Positions 48,219 through 58,209 of a stretch of 64,000 nt of DNA are shown piece after piece. The notes beneath the pieces are model-generated. The model searched no databases, was not told where the DNA came from, and worked only from the letters and a program-made list of their open reading frames with translations. Origin of the DNA: an uncultured virus (IMG/VR IMGVR_UViG_3300044568_006268) (taxonomy: Duplodnaviria; Heunggongvirae; Uroviricota; Caudoviricetes); IMG/VR virus record IMGVR_UViG_3300044568_006268, positions 62,001 to 126,000 of that record. One strand, given 5' to 3'. The stretch's first letter is position 1; the number at the start of each line of letters is the position of its first letter. Both the position numbers and the translations under genes were made by a program.

Positions 48219-48610
48219 TAATCTCCAGTTCCTTTGTATATTATTTTAATTGCCTTAGCAGGAATATTTTCAAATGTAATTATACGTTTGTCTTTCAAAT
48301 CAAAATTTGGATCTACGTACCATATATTCTTAAGATTAGTTGTATCTATTTGATAGATGTCATCATCATAAGTTGAATCCCACCAATCTTTCTTATTATC
48401 ACTATTAACTGCAAATATAACTTTGCCATCAATATTGGTGTCAGATAACCAAGTCTCACTTTTACCTTTAGTAATCAATCCTTCTTTAGAAATAATATTT
48501 CTATAATGAGGATTTGATGTATGATATAAGTATCTGTTTGGTTTTACTTCAATTAAGCGAGAATTAGCACTTTCATTTATCCATTTTTCGTATAGAGGCA
48601 AATTTCTCAT
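48218..48610 (-). CDS. tagged protein, ART/Tpt1-like
   Basis: LYH.S......I..EGL, IF, IP..AI. Confidence 0.55.
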   Translation of the reverse strand: MRNLPLYEKWINESANSRLIEVKPNRYLYHTSNPHYRNIISKEGLITKGKSETWLSDTNIDGKVIFAVNSDNKKDWWDSTYDDDIYQIDTTNLKNIWYVDPNFDLKDKRIITFENIPAKAIKIIYKGTGD

Positions 48611-49008
48611 ATCTTTGCTTTAAGTATTTTCATATTAATAGCCTTGTCTCCTTTTATGATTTGTGATGCTATTCGATGATGTCCATCAAAAACGATTACT
48701 GTTCCATTTTTAAATTGTACACCAGTAGGCATTTCGGTCTTTTTACTTTTTGAATATAAATTAACCGTAGTTGAATTCAAATAATCTTGATTTGGAACTA
48801 TTTTGTTTATGTCTATAGATAAAGTTTTAGCTTTATCGAATGCCTTAATTTTTAAATTTGCGTTATCCTCTTCATCGTATCCTAATTCAGATCTCCAAAA
48901 ATCCTTCATATCTAAATATGAATCCGTAGTCATCTTTTGTTTGAATACGTTTAACAATTTCGTATTATCCTCATTAAGCCAGTCTTCATATATAGGCAAA
49001 TTTCTCAT
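48607..49008 (-). CDS. tagged protein, ParB/Srx-like domain
   Basis: I.PNQ, VFDGHHR. Confidence 0.7.
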   Translation of the reverse strand: MRNLPIYEDWLNEDNTKLLNVFKQKMTTDSYLDMKDFWRSELGYDEEDNANLKIKAFDKAKTLSIDINKIVPNQDYLNSTTVNLYSKSKKTEMPTGVQFKNGTVIVFDGHHRIASQIIKGDKAINMKILKAKI

Positions 49009-50090
49009 TACAGAAGATTCTTTTTAGCTCTTTTTATATATTCGGTAACTAAACCTCGGATTTTGTTCATTGCCGCTATTGCAGCCGGAGTTTCAGCCTT
49101 ATTGAATTTAGGAGAGTTATAAGCTTCCATCATTCCTTTCTCATATTGTTTTACTACTGCCTGCATAAATTCTTTTGCCGACTTATATTTTAAAACAGTA
49201 CCAAATTCTCCTATTTGTTCAAGAGTATCAGCCACCGCTAATATTCCATCACACAAATCATCAAATGTAGGAGAATCAGGATTAACACCTTTCCATTGTT
49301 GTAATGATTCAGAAGGCACAAAAGGCTTTCCAGGATTAGATTGGTCCCAAAAGAATCTAGCAATATCCATCATAAAAGTAGACGAACTTAAAGTAATTAA
49401 TCGATCTTCAACATTTGAACGTTTAGAATAAGGCACCATTAAATCACCTTGAAATCTTGCTCTAATTCCTCTTGGTTGTATTGAAATTTCTAAAGCCTCA
49501 CCGAATGACGAGTATAACTTACCAATTACAAATCCTTTAACGTTTTTCTCTGGAGTAAAACGGAAAACTGCCCATGATGAATATTCTTTATGAGTTACCA
49601 CTAAGTCCACTTGCACATAACCTATTTCACCAGTTCTTAAAGGAACTGTTACTAATAATTTTAGAGATGCATCAGTAGAAATAGATTTTGTTTCTTCTAC
49701 GTCTATACCTTCAGGTGTTTCAGCTTCTAGCCACATTAGCAGCTCTTGATTATACAATTTAACAGTAGCAATCTCATCAGCTCGTGGATCTTTACTTGTA
49801 AGTTTAAGTACCGGATATGCGATCATGTAATCTACATCTCCGTATAATTTTTCAGGTTGATTTTTTAAATCATCTTCCCACCAAGTACCAGATCCTATAG
49901 GCTTCAAAAAGTCTAAAGATGGTAATTCCAATTCTCGTAAATGTCCATTGAAATCTTCGGAAATCCTAGCTACGACCTTCGTTACTTTTTGGATAACGTC
50001 TGGAGTTAAAGGAGTTTCCTGAGTTTTAGTAGTTGACCAACCGCCTTCGTTGATAGTCAACCATTCGTTATATAGTTGTAAGTTTCTCAT
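49008..50090 (-). CDS. tagged protein, nucleotidyltransferase-like
   Basis: IGS...YGDVD...VQVD pol-beta pattern. Confidence 0.7.
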   Translation of the reverse strand: MRNLQLYNEWLTINEGGWSTTKTQETPLTPDVIQKVTKVVARISEDFNGHLRELELPSLDFLKPIGSGTWWEDDLKNQPEKLYGDVDYMIAYPVLKLTSKDPRADEIATVKLYNQELLMWLEAETPEGIDVEETKSISTDASLKLLVTVPLRTGEIGYVQVDLVVTHKEYSSWAVFRFTPEKNVKGFVIGKLYSSFGEALEISIQPRGIRARFQGDLMVPYSKRSNVEDRLITLSSSTFMMDIARFFWDQSNPGKPFVPSESLQQWKGVNPDSPTFDDLCDGILAVADTLEQIGEFGTVLKYKSAKEFMQAVVKQYEKGMMEAYNSPKFNKAETPAAIAAMNKIRGLVTEYIKRAKKNLL

Positions 50091-50097
50091 AATTTTG

Positions 50098-50463
50098 TTA
50101 TTCTATTAACTTTTCTACATAAGTGCAGGTTTCTCCTGCATCAAATCCCTTTTCGATAAGTAGTGATAGTGAGGCCGGTTTACACCAAGCATATACAAGC
50201 CAACCTGAATATTTACTTTGTACGTATTCCCATCGAGTATTCCAAAGTTTTCTAAAGATTCCTTTTCTTCTATGCTCTTCTTGTACCCAGGCATCTAAGA
50301 ATTTAATCTTCTGATCCTTTTCTCTTTCCATATAGATATGGCCTACAATATCACCATTTATCATTGCAATCCAAGTTTCTAATTGCTGGGCATTGCTCTT
50401 TAGGTGAATTATTTTTATATCTTCTATAAAAGAATTCGATACTTCATTCAAAACATTACTCAT
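50098..50463 (-). CDS. GNAT acetyltransferase
   Basis: WV.EEHRRKGI...L, KGF. Confidence 0.8.
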   Translation of the reverse strand: MSNVLNEVSNSFIEDIKIIHLKSNAQQLETWIAMINGDIVGHIYMEREKDQKIKFLDAWVQEEHRRKGIFRKLWNTRWEYVQSKYSGWLVYAWCKPASLSLLIEKGFDAGETCTYVEKLIE

Positions 50464-50479
50464 TATATTTATAAGTTTC

Positions 50480-50776
50480 TCATATTGCAGGTAAAGACAA
50501 ATCTAATGTTTCTGGTATGTGTTTATATTTGTTGTAAACGTTATTAGACACTATGTAGGATTTGATAAATCTTTCCATTTCTGCAATACTACCAAAGGTA
50601 TGACCTCCGAAATCGATATCAATTCCTTTATAAAATGGAGTATAATTTGCAACAGTACGACCAGCTTGTTTTTGCTCTCTTTGTTTTTTCCAAATAATTC
50701 CGTCATTACCTTTTACTTCATCTGGCCATTTAGTAGATTCGTTAAGAAACTCGTCGTATTTTTTAAATTGTGTCAT
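50480..50776 (-). CDS. tagged protein, MTQFKKYDEFLNE
   Basis: Shared N-terminal tag. Confidence 0.7.
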   Translation of the reverse strand: MTQFKKYDEFLNESTKWPDEVKGNDGIIWKKQREQKQAGRTVANYTPFYKGIDIDFGGHTFGSIAEMERFIKSYIVSNNVYNKYKHIPETLDLSLPAI

Positions 50777-50777
50777 A

Positions 50778-51521
50778 TTATTTAGTATTTCTTTTTAACC
50801 ACTGATTAAATGATTCGGTTATTTTAGTTAGGGTTGCTTTATACGTAGCCTTAAAATCTTTTGGTTCTTGAATATAACCTTCGGCAGTTTCGTCATGTAA
50901 ATCAGAAGTCCATTGCCAATGAAAACATAATTCATTAGGCACATCAAATCCATAAAATTTAAGGACTTGCTTTTGTTTTTCTAATTCCGTACCGCCATTC
51001 CAATTGTGACCAGTTAAAACAATACCAGCTAATTTACCTTCTAAAATATTATTTTCTTCTAGGGTAGTCCATCGATTTTCTAACCAATTTAAGCGTTCGA
51101 TTAGTTTTTGATAGACTGCGTTAACTGAACCCCATCGAATCGAACCTAAAAATATAACGGCATCAGCTTCTAATAAAGGTTTGCTCACTTTCCAAAGTTC
51201 ATCGTCTTTGTGATTAATAGAAGCCCAACAACGATGACATCCACTCGGATTTTTAGTTGCATCTTTTAGTATGGAATCTTTTACTCCACATGAATTTCCT
51301 TTTGAAGTAGAAACATTACCTTCGCATTGATAGATGTGCAATTTAGTAACGTCGACAATTTCGCAAGTAGATGAACCTAATTCATCTTGAATCATTTGTG
51401 CCAATTGAGAGGACTTAGGAATATCATCACTACCTTCCCATCGAGTCGATGTGGTAAGTAGGAGTACCTTCTTTCCTCTGAGATGAGTGGTCAATCTTTG
51501 TAAATCGTGGTTGCTATTCAT
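50778..51521 (-). CDS. flavodoxin-like NADPH-dependent FMN reductase / iron-sulfur flavoprotein
   Basis: TS.R, Cys cluster, DD.......EADA.IF.....WG, K.IERL. Confidence 0.75.
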   Translation of the reverse strand: MNSNHDLQRLTTHLRGKKVLLLTTSTRWEGSDDIPKSSQLAQMIQDELGSSTCEIVDVTKLHIYQCEGNVSTSKGNSCGVKDSILKDATKNPSGCHRCWASINHKDDELWKVSKPLLEADAVIFLGSIRWGSVNAVYQKLIERLNWLENRWTTLEENNILEGKLAGIVLTGHNWNGGTELEKQKQVLKFYGFDVPNELCFHWQWTSDLHDETAEGYIQEPKDFKATYKATLTKITESFNQWLKRNTK

Positions 51522-51522
51522 A

Positions 51523-52173
51523 TTATTTAGATGTCCAAACTACTCCACCACCACCATCTTCGATATGGAATTTAGCTTTTGGATATTTTCTTTTCATGTC
51601 TTCGTATTTAGCCGGAATCAAGTCTCGGATTTTAATGTCATTTGATTGACCAACTACCTTTCCATATTCTAAAGCAACAATAGACCAAGGTCCGTTATCA
51701 CCAGTTTTTACGCCTTTCATCATCACTGCCCAAACTCCTTCGTTAACAACAGATTCGTTACGCATATCTGCTAGATATGCATCGGTTAAATCGGTTATTA
51801 GGTCTAGCAATTCGTTTTTCTTATTAATATTTAACCCGGCCATATCGATAATATCATCGATTTCCTTTGCAACCTCTTTTACCTCTTTATCAGAGTTTCT
51901 ATAATAATCGGTTAGAGACATTGCCTCATTAATAGAAGATTCATTATAAGGAATTACTCCTAATTTTTGATCGGCTTTAGCGATCATATCCTCTACCTTT
52001 TTACAAGCAGATTGAATGCCTTTTAAAGCAACAATCCATTTAGGAGCTGATATGTCCTTCTTTAATAGCTCATCGATTTTATCTTGAAGGTTAGTTATGT
52101 CACTCCCAATTTCATCAAAAATAAAATATTGACCTTCGTTTAAGAATTCTTCGTATGTTTGTAAGTTTTTCAT
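51523..52173 (-). CDS. tagged protein, MKNLQTYEEFLNE, with internal xNE sites
   Basis: Tag plus YNE/INE/VNE. Confidence 0.75.
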   Translation of the reverse strand: MKNLQTYEEFLNEGQYFIFDEIGSDITNLQDKIDELLKKDISAPKWIVALKGIQSACKKVEDMIAKADQKLGVIPYNESSINEAMSLTDYYRNSDKEVKEVAKEIDDIIDMAGLNINKKNELLDLITDLTDAYLADMRNESVVNEGVWAVMMKGVKTGDNGPWSIVALEYGKVVGQSNDIKIRDLIPAKYEDMKRKYPKAKFHIEDGGGGVVWTSK

Positions 52174-52571
52174 TATTTGTAATTTTTATTTAAGTACCAA
52201 TTAATATCCTCTTTAGCATAACCTAAAAGCTCGCCAATTCTTTTGCTCTCCTGTTTAGTAGCCTCATATGATAAATATCCGCCATATTTATTAGCAATCT
52301 TTGCTAATTCTTTAGCTTTTTTCTCGGCACCTTTATTAAAATAAATATAAGCGTCGAATGGATTTCCTGGTAATTTGATTGTTCCTAAGTTGTGAGTCTT
52401 AACCAAATCCCAAAATTCATCTATACTTAAATCAACTGTGGTTTTTAAAGTAATAAATCCTAAATCTCTCTTTCCGTCTATAACAGTTTGTACCGCACTT
52501 TTATCTCGGTGGGCTTCTTCTGCCTTAATAGTTTCGTTTACGAATTCGTCGTATGTAGGAATGTGTTTCAT
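52173..52571 (-). CDS. tagged protein, MKHIPTYDEFVNE
   Basis: Tag; IGELLGY motif. Confidence 0.75.
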   Translation of the reverse strand: MKHIPTYDEFVNETIKAEEAHRDKSAVQTVIDGKRDLGFITLKTTVDLSIDEFWDLVKTHNLGTIKLPGNPFDAYIYFNKGAEKKAKELAKIANKYGGYLSYEATKQESKRIGELLGYAKEDINWYLNKNYK

Positions 52572-53110
52572 TATATTTTTCCGGCTTTTACTCTATCTCT
52601 AGAAACGCTGTTGATGTATTTTAATTCATCTGCATTTAGTTTAGGAGCAATTAGTTTTTTCCATTGACCTTCTTGTTTAGCTCTTGGTAATTGCAAAAAT
52701 TCAATAACGTCTTGGTCATCTTTTAACTTGCTAATTATCGATTGGACTGCTTTATCTCGCCAATGTTCTTTCCACCACATTTTCAAATCATCAACTGGGT
52801 GAAAATCTACTCTATTAGCTAACAGTGCAATTTGTCCTCCAATTGCAGCAGCCTGTAACATAAGGATTGCAGTCATTGCATCTTCATTTAAGAATTCTTC
52901 GGATTCTTTTAAATATCCTTCGTCACTCCAACCAGCTATAAAAGAGATATCTCCTTTTGCTCGGCCTTCTAAAAATTTCACCTTTGTATTTTGATTTTTA
53001 CCTAAATCAATAACTTCAAATTTACCTAATTTAGGGTGAGTGTAAATTTTGCCAACGATAAAATTAGATTTCTCGTTTAAGAATTCCTCGTATGTTTGTA
53101 AGTTTCTCAT
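52571..53110 (-). CDS. tagged protein, MRNLQTYEEFLNE
   Basis: Tag plus a second internal EEFLNE. Confidence 0.75.
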   Translation of the reverse strand: MRNLQTYEEFLNEKSNFIVGKIYTHPKLGKFEVIDLGKNQNTKVKFLEGRAKGDISFIAGWSDEGYLKESEEFLNEDAMTAILMLQAAAIGGQIALLANRVDFHPVDDLKMWWKEHWRDKAVQSIISKLKDDQDVIEFLQLPRAKQEGQWKKLIAPKLNADELKYINSVSRDRVKAGKI

Positions 53111-53244
53111 TATCTTCCTTGTCCTTTGTATTTTTTAGGCTTTTCTTCTTTAGGCCCAAAGTGTTTTTTGGCTTTGCCAGTACTCTTCGTTTTAGTTATC
53201 TTAACCGAAGTAGTTGTAGTTGATTTGCTTTTAGTAGCGGCCAT
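53110..53244 (-). CDS. 44 aa basic protein ending KKYKGQGR
   Basis: Manual translation MAATKSK...KKYKGQGR; TAATG overlap. Confidence 0.65.
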   Translation of the reverse strand: MAATKSKSTTTTSVKITKTKSTGKAKKHFGPKEEKPKKYKGQGR

Positions 53245-53385
53245 GGTGTTACATGATATTTTTATTTTTGCGTTTTATTCATTTAGAGTTCACCAGATAA
53301 ACGATTTACTGGTGTTATAATACCTACTAACCAGAGAACAATTTTTAAACGTGGATTACACGATTTCTCTTACTAATCAGTGGTT

Positions 53386-53802
53386 TTATTGTATGTCTTC
53401 TTTTCTGTATTCTGGTGCAATTGTTGCAGCCGGTAATTGAGTAGCTAAATCAGTCGTACCTTCATTAACCGTAGCCTTATAACCAAATTTTGATCGTAAA
53501 GCTTTAATTGCGGCAATAGCCTTTGCTTCATCTTCGAAGGAGTCGTCCATAAAAATAGAAATTTGTTCAGGTGCTAAATCTTCAGCACCGTTTTTCATTT
53601 TTAAAGGCGATATAGTAACATTAACAATAGCGGCAAAGTTATTTCTCATTGTTCCCGCAACTCCACCCTCAACAACTACACATTGATTTTCATCGAAGTG
53701 TAGTGCGTCTTTCCAACATGATTTCCATGTCTTATTAGCCGGAGTAGCTGATTGAAATTTAGCACCATCAGCTAAAAATTCGTTTAGAGATTCATGTAAC
53801 AT
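53386..53802 (-). CDS. tagged protein, MLHESLNEFL
   Basis: Second tag variant. Confidence 0.7.
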   Translation of the reverse strand: MLHESLNEFLADGAKFQSATPANKTWKSCWKDALHFDENQCVVVEGGVAGTMRNNFAAIVNVTISPLKMKNGAEDLAPEQISIFMDDSFEDEAKAIAAIKALRSKFGYKATVNEGTTDLATQLPAATIAPEYRKEDIQ

Positions 53803-53805
53803 AAT

Positions 53806-54141
53806 CTATTTAGGTGACCATTCTTTTTTGTCAAAATCTTCGATGTTTAACATGGCTTGTATCGACTTTTCAAAATGAATATTTACTCGACCCCAAAAAA
53901 ATCCAGTAGTAGGAGCAAATTCCGTATTCCAAAATTTACGATCTCTCAATCTATCCAAACAATCTTTTGTAACTCCTTTTGGATCGTCATAGACGATATT
54001 AAGATAGCCATTTACATCCTCAGTTCTAAACTTAATTTTACTAGAAAATCCATGTAAAGCTTGTAAGATGTCAATTAAATCATTTGCAGTTCCTCTACCT
54101 TCATTTAAGAAAGTTTCTAGTGATTCGTGTAATGAGCTCAT
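53806..54141 (-). CDS. tagged protein, MSSLHESLETFLNE
   Basis: Second tag variant. Confidence 0.7.
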   Translation of the reverse strand: MSSLHESLETFLNEGRGTANDLIDILQALHGFSSKIKFRTEDVNGYLNIVYDDPKGVTKDCLDRLRDRKFWNTEFAPTTGFFWGRVNIHFEKSIQAMLNIEDFDKKEWSPK

Positions 54142-54578
54142 TATTTGATGTATTTTTTTCTAATAATTTCCTCAGCCTTTTCAATCTCTTTCGGAGACCA
54201 ACCATAGAGCTTACCTATCTCGGTGGCAACCTCTAATGGGTCGTCTGAAGTCTTAAATTGATTGATGTGCATTTTAATGGTTGCATCATTTACCGGTTGT
54301 TTGCTCTCATTTAAGAAGGCTTCAAAGCTTTCCATAAGATTACTTGATTCGCTCACTTCTGCTTCATATACAGTTCCTATTACATCACTAGCATTACTAA
54401 ATTTCTTAATGTGACTACTCACATCCTTTAGCTTTTTGATAATAGCATCTAATTCTTTAGGGTCAACATCATTACCGGAAGTAACTCGATCGGTAAATAC
54501 ATTTAACTTTATGCGAGCTACGAATAGTTCGGTTTTGACTACATCTTTCGGTAATCGATAGAAAGTTCCTTCGTTCAT
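54141..54578 (-). CDS. protein with internal tag LMESFEAFLNE
   Basis: Start placed at MNEG. Confidence 0.65.
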   Translation of the reverse strand: MNEGTFYRLPKDVVKTELFVARIKLNVFTDRVTSGNDVDPKELDAIIKKLKDVSSHIKKFSNASDVIGTVYEAEVSESSNLMESFEAFLNESKQPVNDATIKMHINQFKTSDDPLEVATEIGKLYGWSPKEIEKAEEIIRKKYIK

Positions 54579-54582
54579 AATA

Positions 54583-54963
54583 TTATTTCTTGCTCCAAAG
54601 TAAATCTGAAAAATCCGAGTACATGTACTTGTCAATTAGAGAATTCTCTAGTTTTTTAAATTTTTGTTGTTGGTCAGCTTTACCTAAATAAGGATTTCCT
54701 TCGGTTTGAAGTTTTATCTGATGAGTTAATTCATGTAAGATAGCTTGTTCCGGATCAACCATTCTCGACAAATCAAATGAGATATAAAGAGCTTGATTTG
54801 TCTTAGCATTGTAAGAAGTACATGCACCACCATGAGCAACCTTTTCAAATTTCAAAGGTAATTCCTTAACTCTCTCAGCTTTACATACCGCAGAATAGTA
54901 AGCCTTAACATTAGCTTGACTAACGGCTTCATTAAGAAACTCTTCTAATGATTCGTGTAACAT
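54583..54963 (-). CDS. tagged protein, HExxH metallopeptidase-like
   Basis: MLHESLEEFLNE; ILHELTH. Confidence 0.7.
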   Translation of the reverse strand: MLHESLEEFLNEAVSQANVKAYYSAVCKAERVKELPLKFEKVAHGGACTSYNAKTNQALYISFDLSRMVDPEQAILHELTHQIKLQTEGNPYLGKADQQQKFKKLENSLIDKYMYSDFSDLLWSKK

Positions 54964-54965
54964 AA

Positions 54966-55169
54966 TTATTTCTTTTGTTCTAAGCCATCACTATAAGCCC
55001 AACGAATAGCTGAAAATACATCAGCAGCTAAAGGAGAATTAAATGTCGAACCTTTCATTGACAACCCGAATTTCTTAAATTGTTTAAATGCCTGAATAGC
55101 ATATTCTCTCGCTTCATCATCACCGGAAGATTCAATTAAATACTCGTCGTATGTTGGTAAGTTTTTCAT
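54966..55169 (-). CDS. tagged protein, MKNLPTYDEYLIE
   Basis: First gene of the tagged array. Confidence 0.7.
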   Translation of the reverse strand: MKNLPTYDEYLIESSGDDEAREYAIQAFKQFKKFGLSMKGSTFNSPLAADVFSAIRWAYSDGLEQKK

Positions 55170-55188
55170 TGTAGCAACTTCTTTTTTA

Positions 55189-55197
55189 TTATGTATC
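55189..55197 (-). promoter_or_regulatory. candidate late promoter GATAnATA
   Basis: Similar octamers precede the endolysin (40730-40737) and Hsp20 (16924-16931). Confidence 0.4.
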
Positions 55198-55223
55198 TCA
55201 GACTCCCTCGATTAGCTATCGAA

Positions 55224-55592
55224 CTATTTCCCAGTTTTCTTCAAGTCCTGAGGCCCCGAGGAGGCTTTTTCCGCAGCCAACACCTCAACGGCACTAATCA
55301 AATCGACGACCTCTTGACAGTCCTCGTATTCCTCCTCTTCTACTCGATGGTCTAAAATCTTACCTAAAGCCGTAATAGCATCAGTCAATCGGATAGACAC
55401 CCATACTGACGAATAAGTTTCAATACACCAGATTTCCAAACACATATCGGTCGTACTCCGGAATTCTAACATCCGCTTACACCCGAGTACAATTTGACTA
55501 TGAATAAATGATTTATCTTTAATAGCATTCTCCACTTCATCCAATGTCTTACAATAGAGACGAGTCCACTTTTGTTCCTTAGTTATAACCAT
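55224..55592 (-). CDS. hypothetical protein with UVR-like motif
   Basis: EEEYEDC..V.DLI. Confidence 0.65.
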   Translation of the reverse strand: MVITKEQKWTRLYCKTLDEVENAIKDKSFIHSQIVLGCKRMLEFRSTTDMCLEIWCIETYSSVWVSIRLTDAITALGKILDHRVEEEEYEDCQEVVDLISAVEVLAAEKASSGPQDLKKTGK

Positions 55593-55715
55593 GTTCTACC
55601 GATGATTAAACCTGTCAGCAACCCTGCTAGATAGGTAATTAACATGAGCCTAATCCAGAAAGAAGGCGTTTTTACTTTTATGTGTATCATATTATATGTA
55701 TCGCATTACAACTGA

Positions 55716-56096
55716 TTAAGATGAGCAAGCGGTGTAGTACATGATACAAATAACAACCGCATGTAAGAATTGGTCGAATCCAAATAAAATCCAATGCCAT
55801 TTAGAGGCTGGAGATTGTACAATTGGAAACCATACATTCATCCGACCTTTCCATAAGTCAATCAGAAAATGCGATAACAATTGAAACATAACCAAATTAA
55901 ACCAAAGGGCGAAGGTCATCTGACCAAATGCTAATACAATAGCCATGAGGGTAGCATGAACGGCAGCATGGGCAAAGATAGGGAGTAGAGGCTTACCGAC
56001 AGCTTTAGCATTAAGCATCCAAGAGGTCGATAACCAAGTAAAGTCAGCTAAAAAGTGACAGAAGAAGAGGGCAATAAGTAAGTAGCAATTATCCAT
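55716..56096 (-). CDS. DUF3307 membrane protein
   Basis: HFLADF, HAAVH, HFLID..K, DQFLH. Confidence 0.85.
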   Translation of the reverse strand: MDNCYLLIALFFCHFLADFTWLSTSWMLNAKAVGKPLLPIFAHAAVHATLMAIVLAFGQMTFALWFNLVMFQLLSHFLIDLWKGRMNVWFPIVQSPASKWHWILFGFDQFLHAVVICIMYYTACSS

Positions 56097-56099
56097 AGA

Positions 56100-57079
56100 G
56101 TATTAATTTATAGTAATTATATGAAGGCGCCGCGGATGAGTTTCGAGGGCCACTCGAATTCCCTGAAAAAAATTTTATGACAGTGATTTTAGGCCGAAAG
56201 TTTAACCAGTGTTAGGGTTGGGCTTTAGCCGGCCACAGATCTATTTCCAGAGCGAAAAGTGCCTGGAATTGCATGCCCACAGGGCCCGGCACAAATCCTC
56301 CGCGTCATTAACGCAACTCAGGGATCCTATGACCTGAGGCCTTTCTAGCTTCTCAAAAAGTCACCTCGGGAAAAGTTGATAGCTAGGTCACTTTCTCCAC
56401 TCTCTTCGACCTCGAGCTCTCTTAGGCTACTCGCCACCTTCTCTACCCTAATCCTCCCTTCTACTCCCTCAAGGTGTAGCACCTCTACTCTCCTACCCTA
56501 CTTCTACTCTTAAGGCTACCTACCTCTCTACCCCTCTACTCTCTTAGACCTTCCTCTACTAGCTACTACACTCTTATTGCCTATTTGCCTTTCTACTACG
56601 CTACGCTTACTCTATAAAGAGAGCCTACCTATACGTATGTAATGCACTCTATACGAGAGCCTCTATCTAGTGTGTAGTGTTAGGTAGTTATAACAGGTGA
56701 AGGTGGCAAGGGTAGGGAGTGATGTAGGAGTACGTACACTAGGGTGGTGGTAGAGCCTCGCTACCCTACGAGTGTTGTGGACTGGTAAGGTTAGAAGGCT
56801 GCTGACTGGTACGTACCTGAGTGGCTACCTGTCTGGTACGTGTCTGAGGTGACTGCCAGGGTCAACCTGGGTGGTCCTAGACAGTCCCTGGGATGACCTA
56901 GGAGTGGTCCTGGAGGTACGTACCTGGAGTACGTGTCTAGAAGTGGTCCTAGAGTGGTCCCTGGAGAAAGTTAATATATGGCCGTCTCGGAATGAACCTG
57001 GAGAAAGCCACTAAACCCCTCAAAGGCCATATATATTTGACTATATATGGCCTAAGATTCGATCAAATTAAAAAATCAC
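56100..57079. other. about 1 kb non-coding region with a C/T-rich to G-rich skew switch and short repeats
   Basis: CTCTACT/CTACT repeats 56400-56610; GTGGTCC and GTACGT repeats 56700-56960; palindrome 57026-57052. Confidence 0.75.
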
Positions 57080-58168
57080 TTAGAATGGTTGATTTAGGAC
57101 CAAATTAGCGGTATCAAAGTTTTTGGCAAGTATATCACCTGCAACCATTTGTAAGTGTGTATCAGAATTGGCTTTTTTCTCAAAGCCATAATTATGTGAT
57201 GCGAAATCAGTTACTCCATTAATGACATCCCATACTGAAACTCCTGTTCTTAGATTAGCCTTTTGTTTGGCATTTAACTTAGTAGTATCTAAATTAGCAC
57301 CATGTATTCTATTATATGTGTTTTTATGGCCTTTGAAAAACATCTCTAACTCATTTTGTTGGATATTAGAGTTATTAAGGAGTAAATTAGCACCTTGCTC
57401 TAGCTCTAATAGTGAGGCAGGAGTATTAATAGCTTCAATAACCTTTTGGTTAAATGCGGTAGGTACGAAATTCATTTTTTCGATACGTTCCATATGCTCA
57501 TAAAATTCTTGCCATGTTCTTGCATCCATACTACGAAGATTGAAGGACTCATCGAATGCTCTTAAGACATTACCATTTGTACATACTAGACGGTCCATAT
57601 AAGGGTCAGCCTGGAGTCCATTTGCCGTTCTGGCCAAAGATATACCAGTTTGAAATACCTCATTGGATAGGTTTTCCACTTGGTGTTGATTACCTTGACC
57701 ATTAATTGCTCTTATATAGATATTACCATTTCCTTTATTGAAATCGGTTGAGGTAATTTCCAAATTATGAGTATTGGCTAGACGTTCGAAAGTATCAAAG
57801 TATGTTTCAGCAGAGATAATGGCTGAAGCACCTTCTTTTTGTATACGTGAGATAATACGATCGGGTGTAACTGCTATAGTTACTTGCATAGACTTGTTTT
57901 GGCCAATTGCATTTTTTAGGGAATTTAAAAACATTTGAGCTCCATCTTCACCTACTGATGAGGTAAGATTTTTTAATCCAGTTGAGGAGAATCCTACTAT
58001 CTGAAGTAAGTCTTTAATAGCTTGTCGGTCGACTCCTAATTTTAGACCATTGAATTCTACTAGGTCCATAGTAATAAATCTTAAATCCGTAAGAGCAATA
58101 GTTTTTCTTAGGGGTTGATTGCGTAGGCTGGTTTCTTTGAAATTAGCGTACTGTGCTTGTGATATCAT
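57080..58168 (-). CDS. DUF932-like protein
   Basis: RLVCTNG; SVWD..NGVT.FASH. Confidence 0.65.
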   Translation of the reverse strand: MISQAQYANFKETSLRNQPLRKTIALTDLRFITMDLVEFNGLKLGVDRQAIKDLLQIVGFSSTGLKNLTSSVGEDGAQMFLNSLKNAIGQNKSMQVTIAVTPDRIISRIQKEGASAIISAETYFDTFERLANTHNLEITSTDFNKGNGNIYIRAINGQGNQHQVENLSNEVFQTGISLARTANGLQADPYMDRLVCTNGNVLRAFDESFNLRSMDARTWQEFYEHMERIEKMNFVPTAFNQKVIEAINTPASLLELEQGANLLLNNSNIQQNELEMFFKGHKNTYNRIHGANLDTTKLNAKQKANLRTGVSVWDVINGVTDFASHNYGFEKKANSDTHLQMVAGDILAKNFDTANLVLNQPF

Positions 58169-58209
58169 ATTGAATGAATTTTTTTGTGTCCTGATGGACT
58201 AGTTATGTA

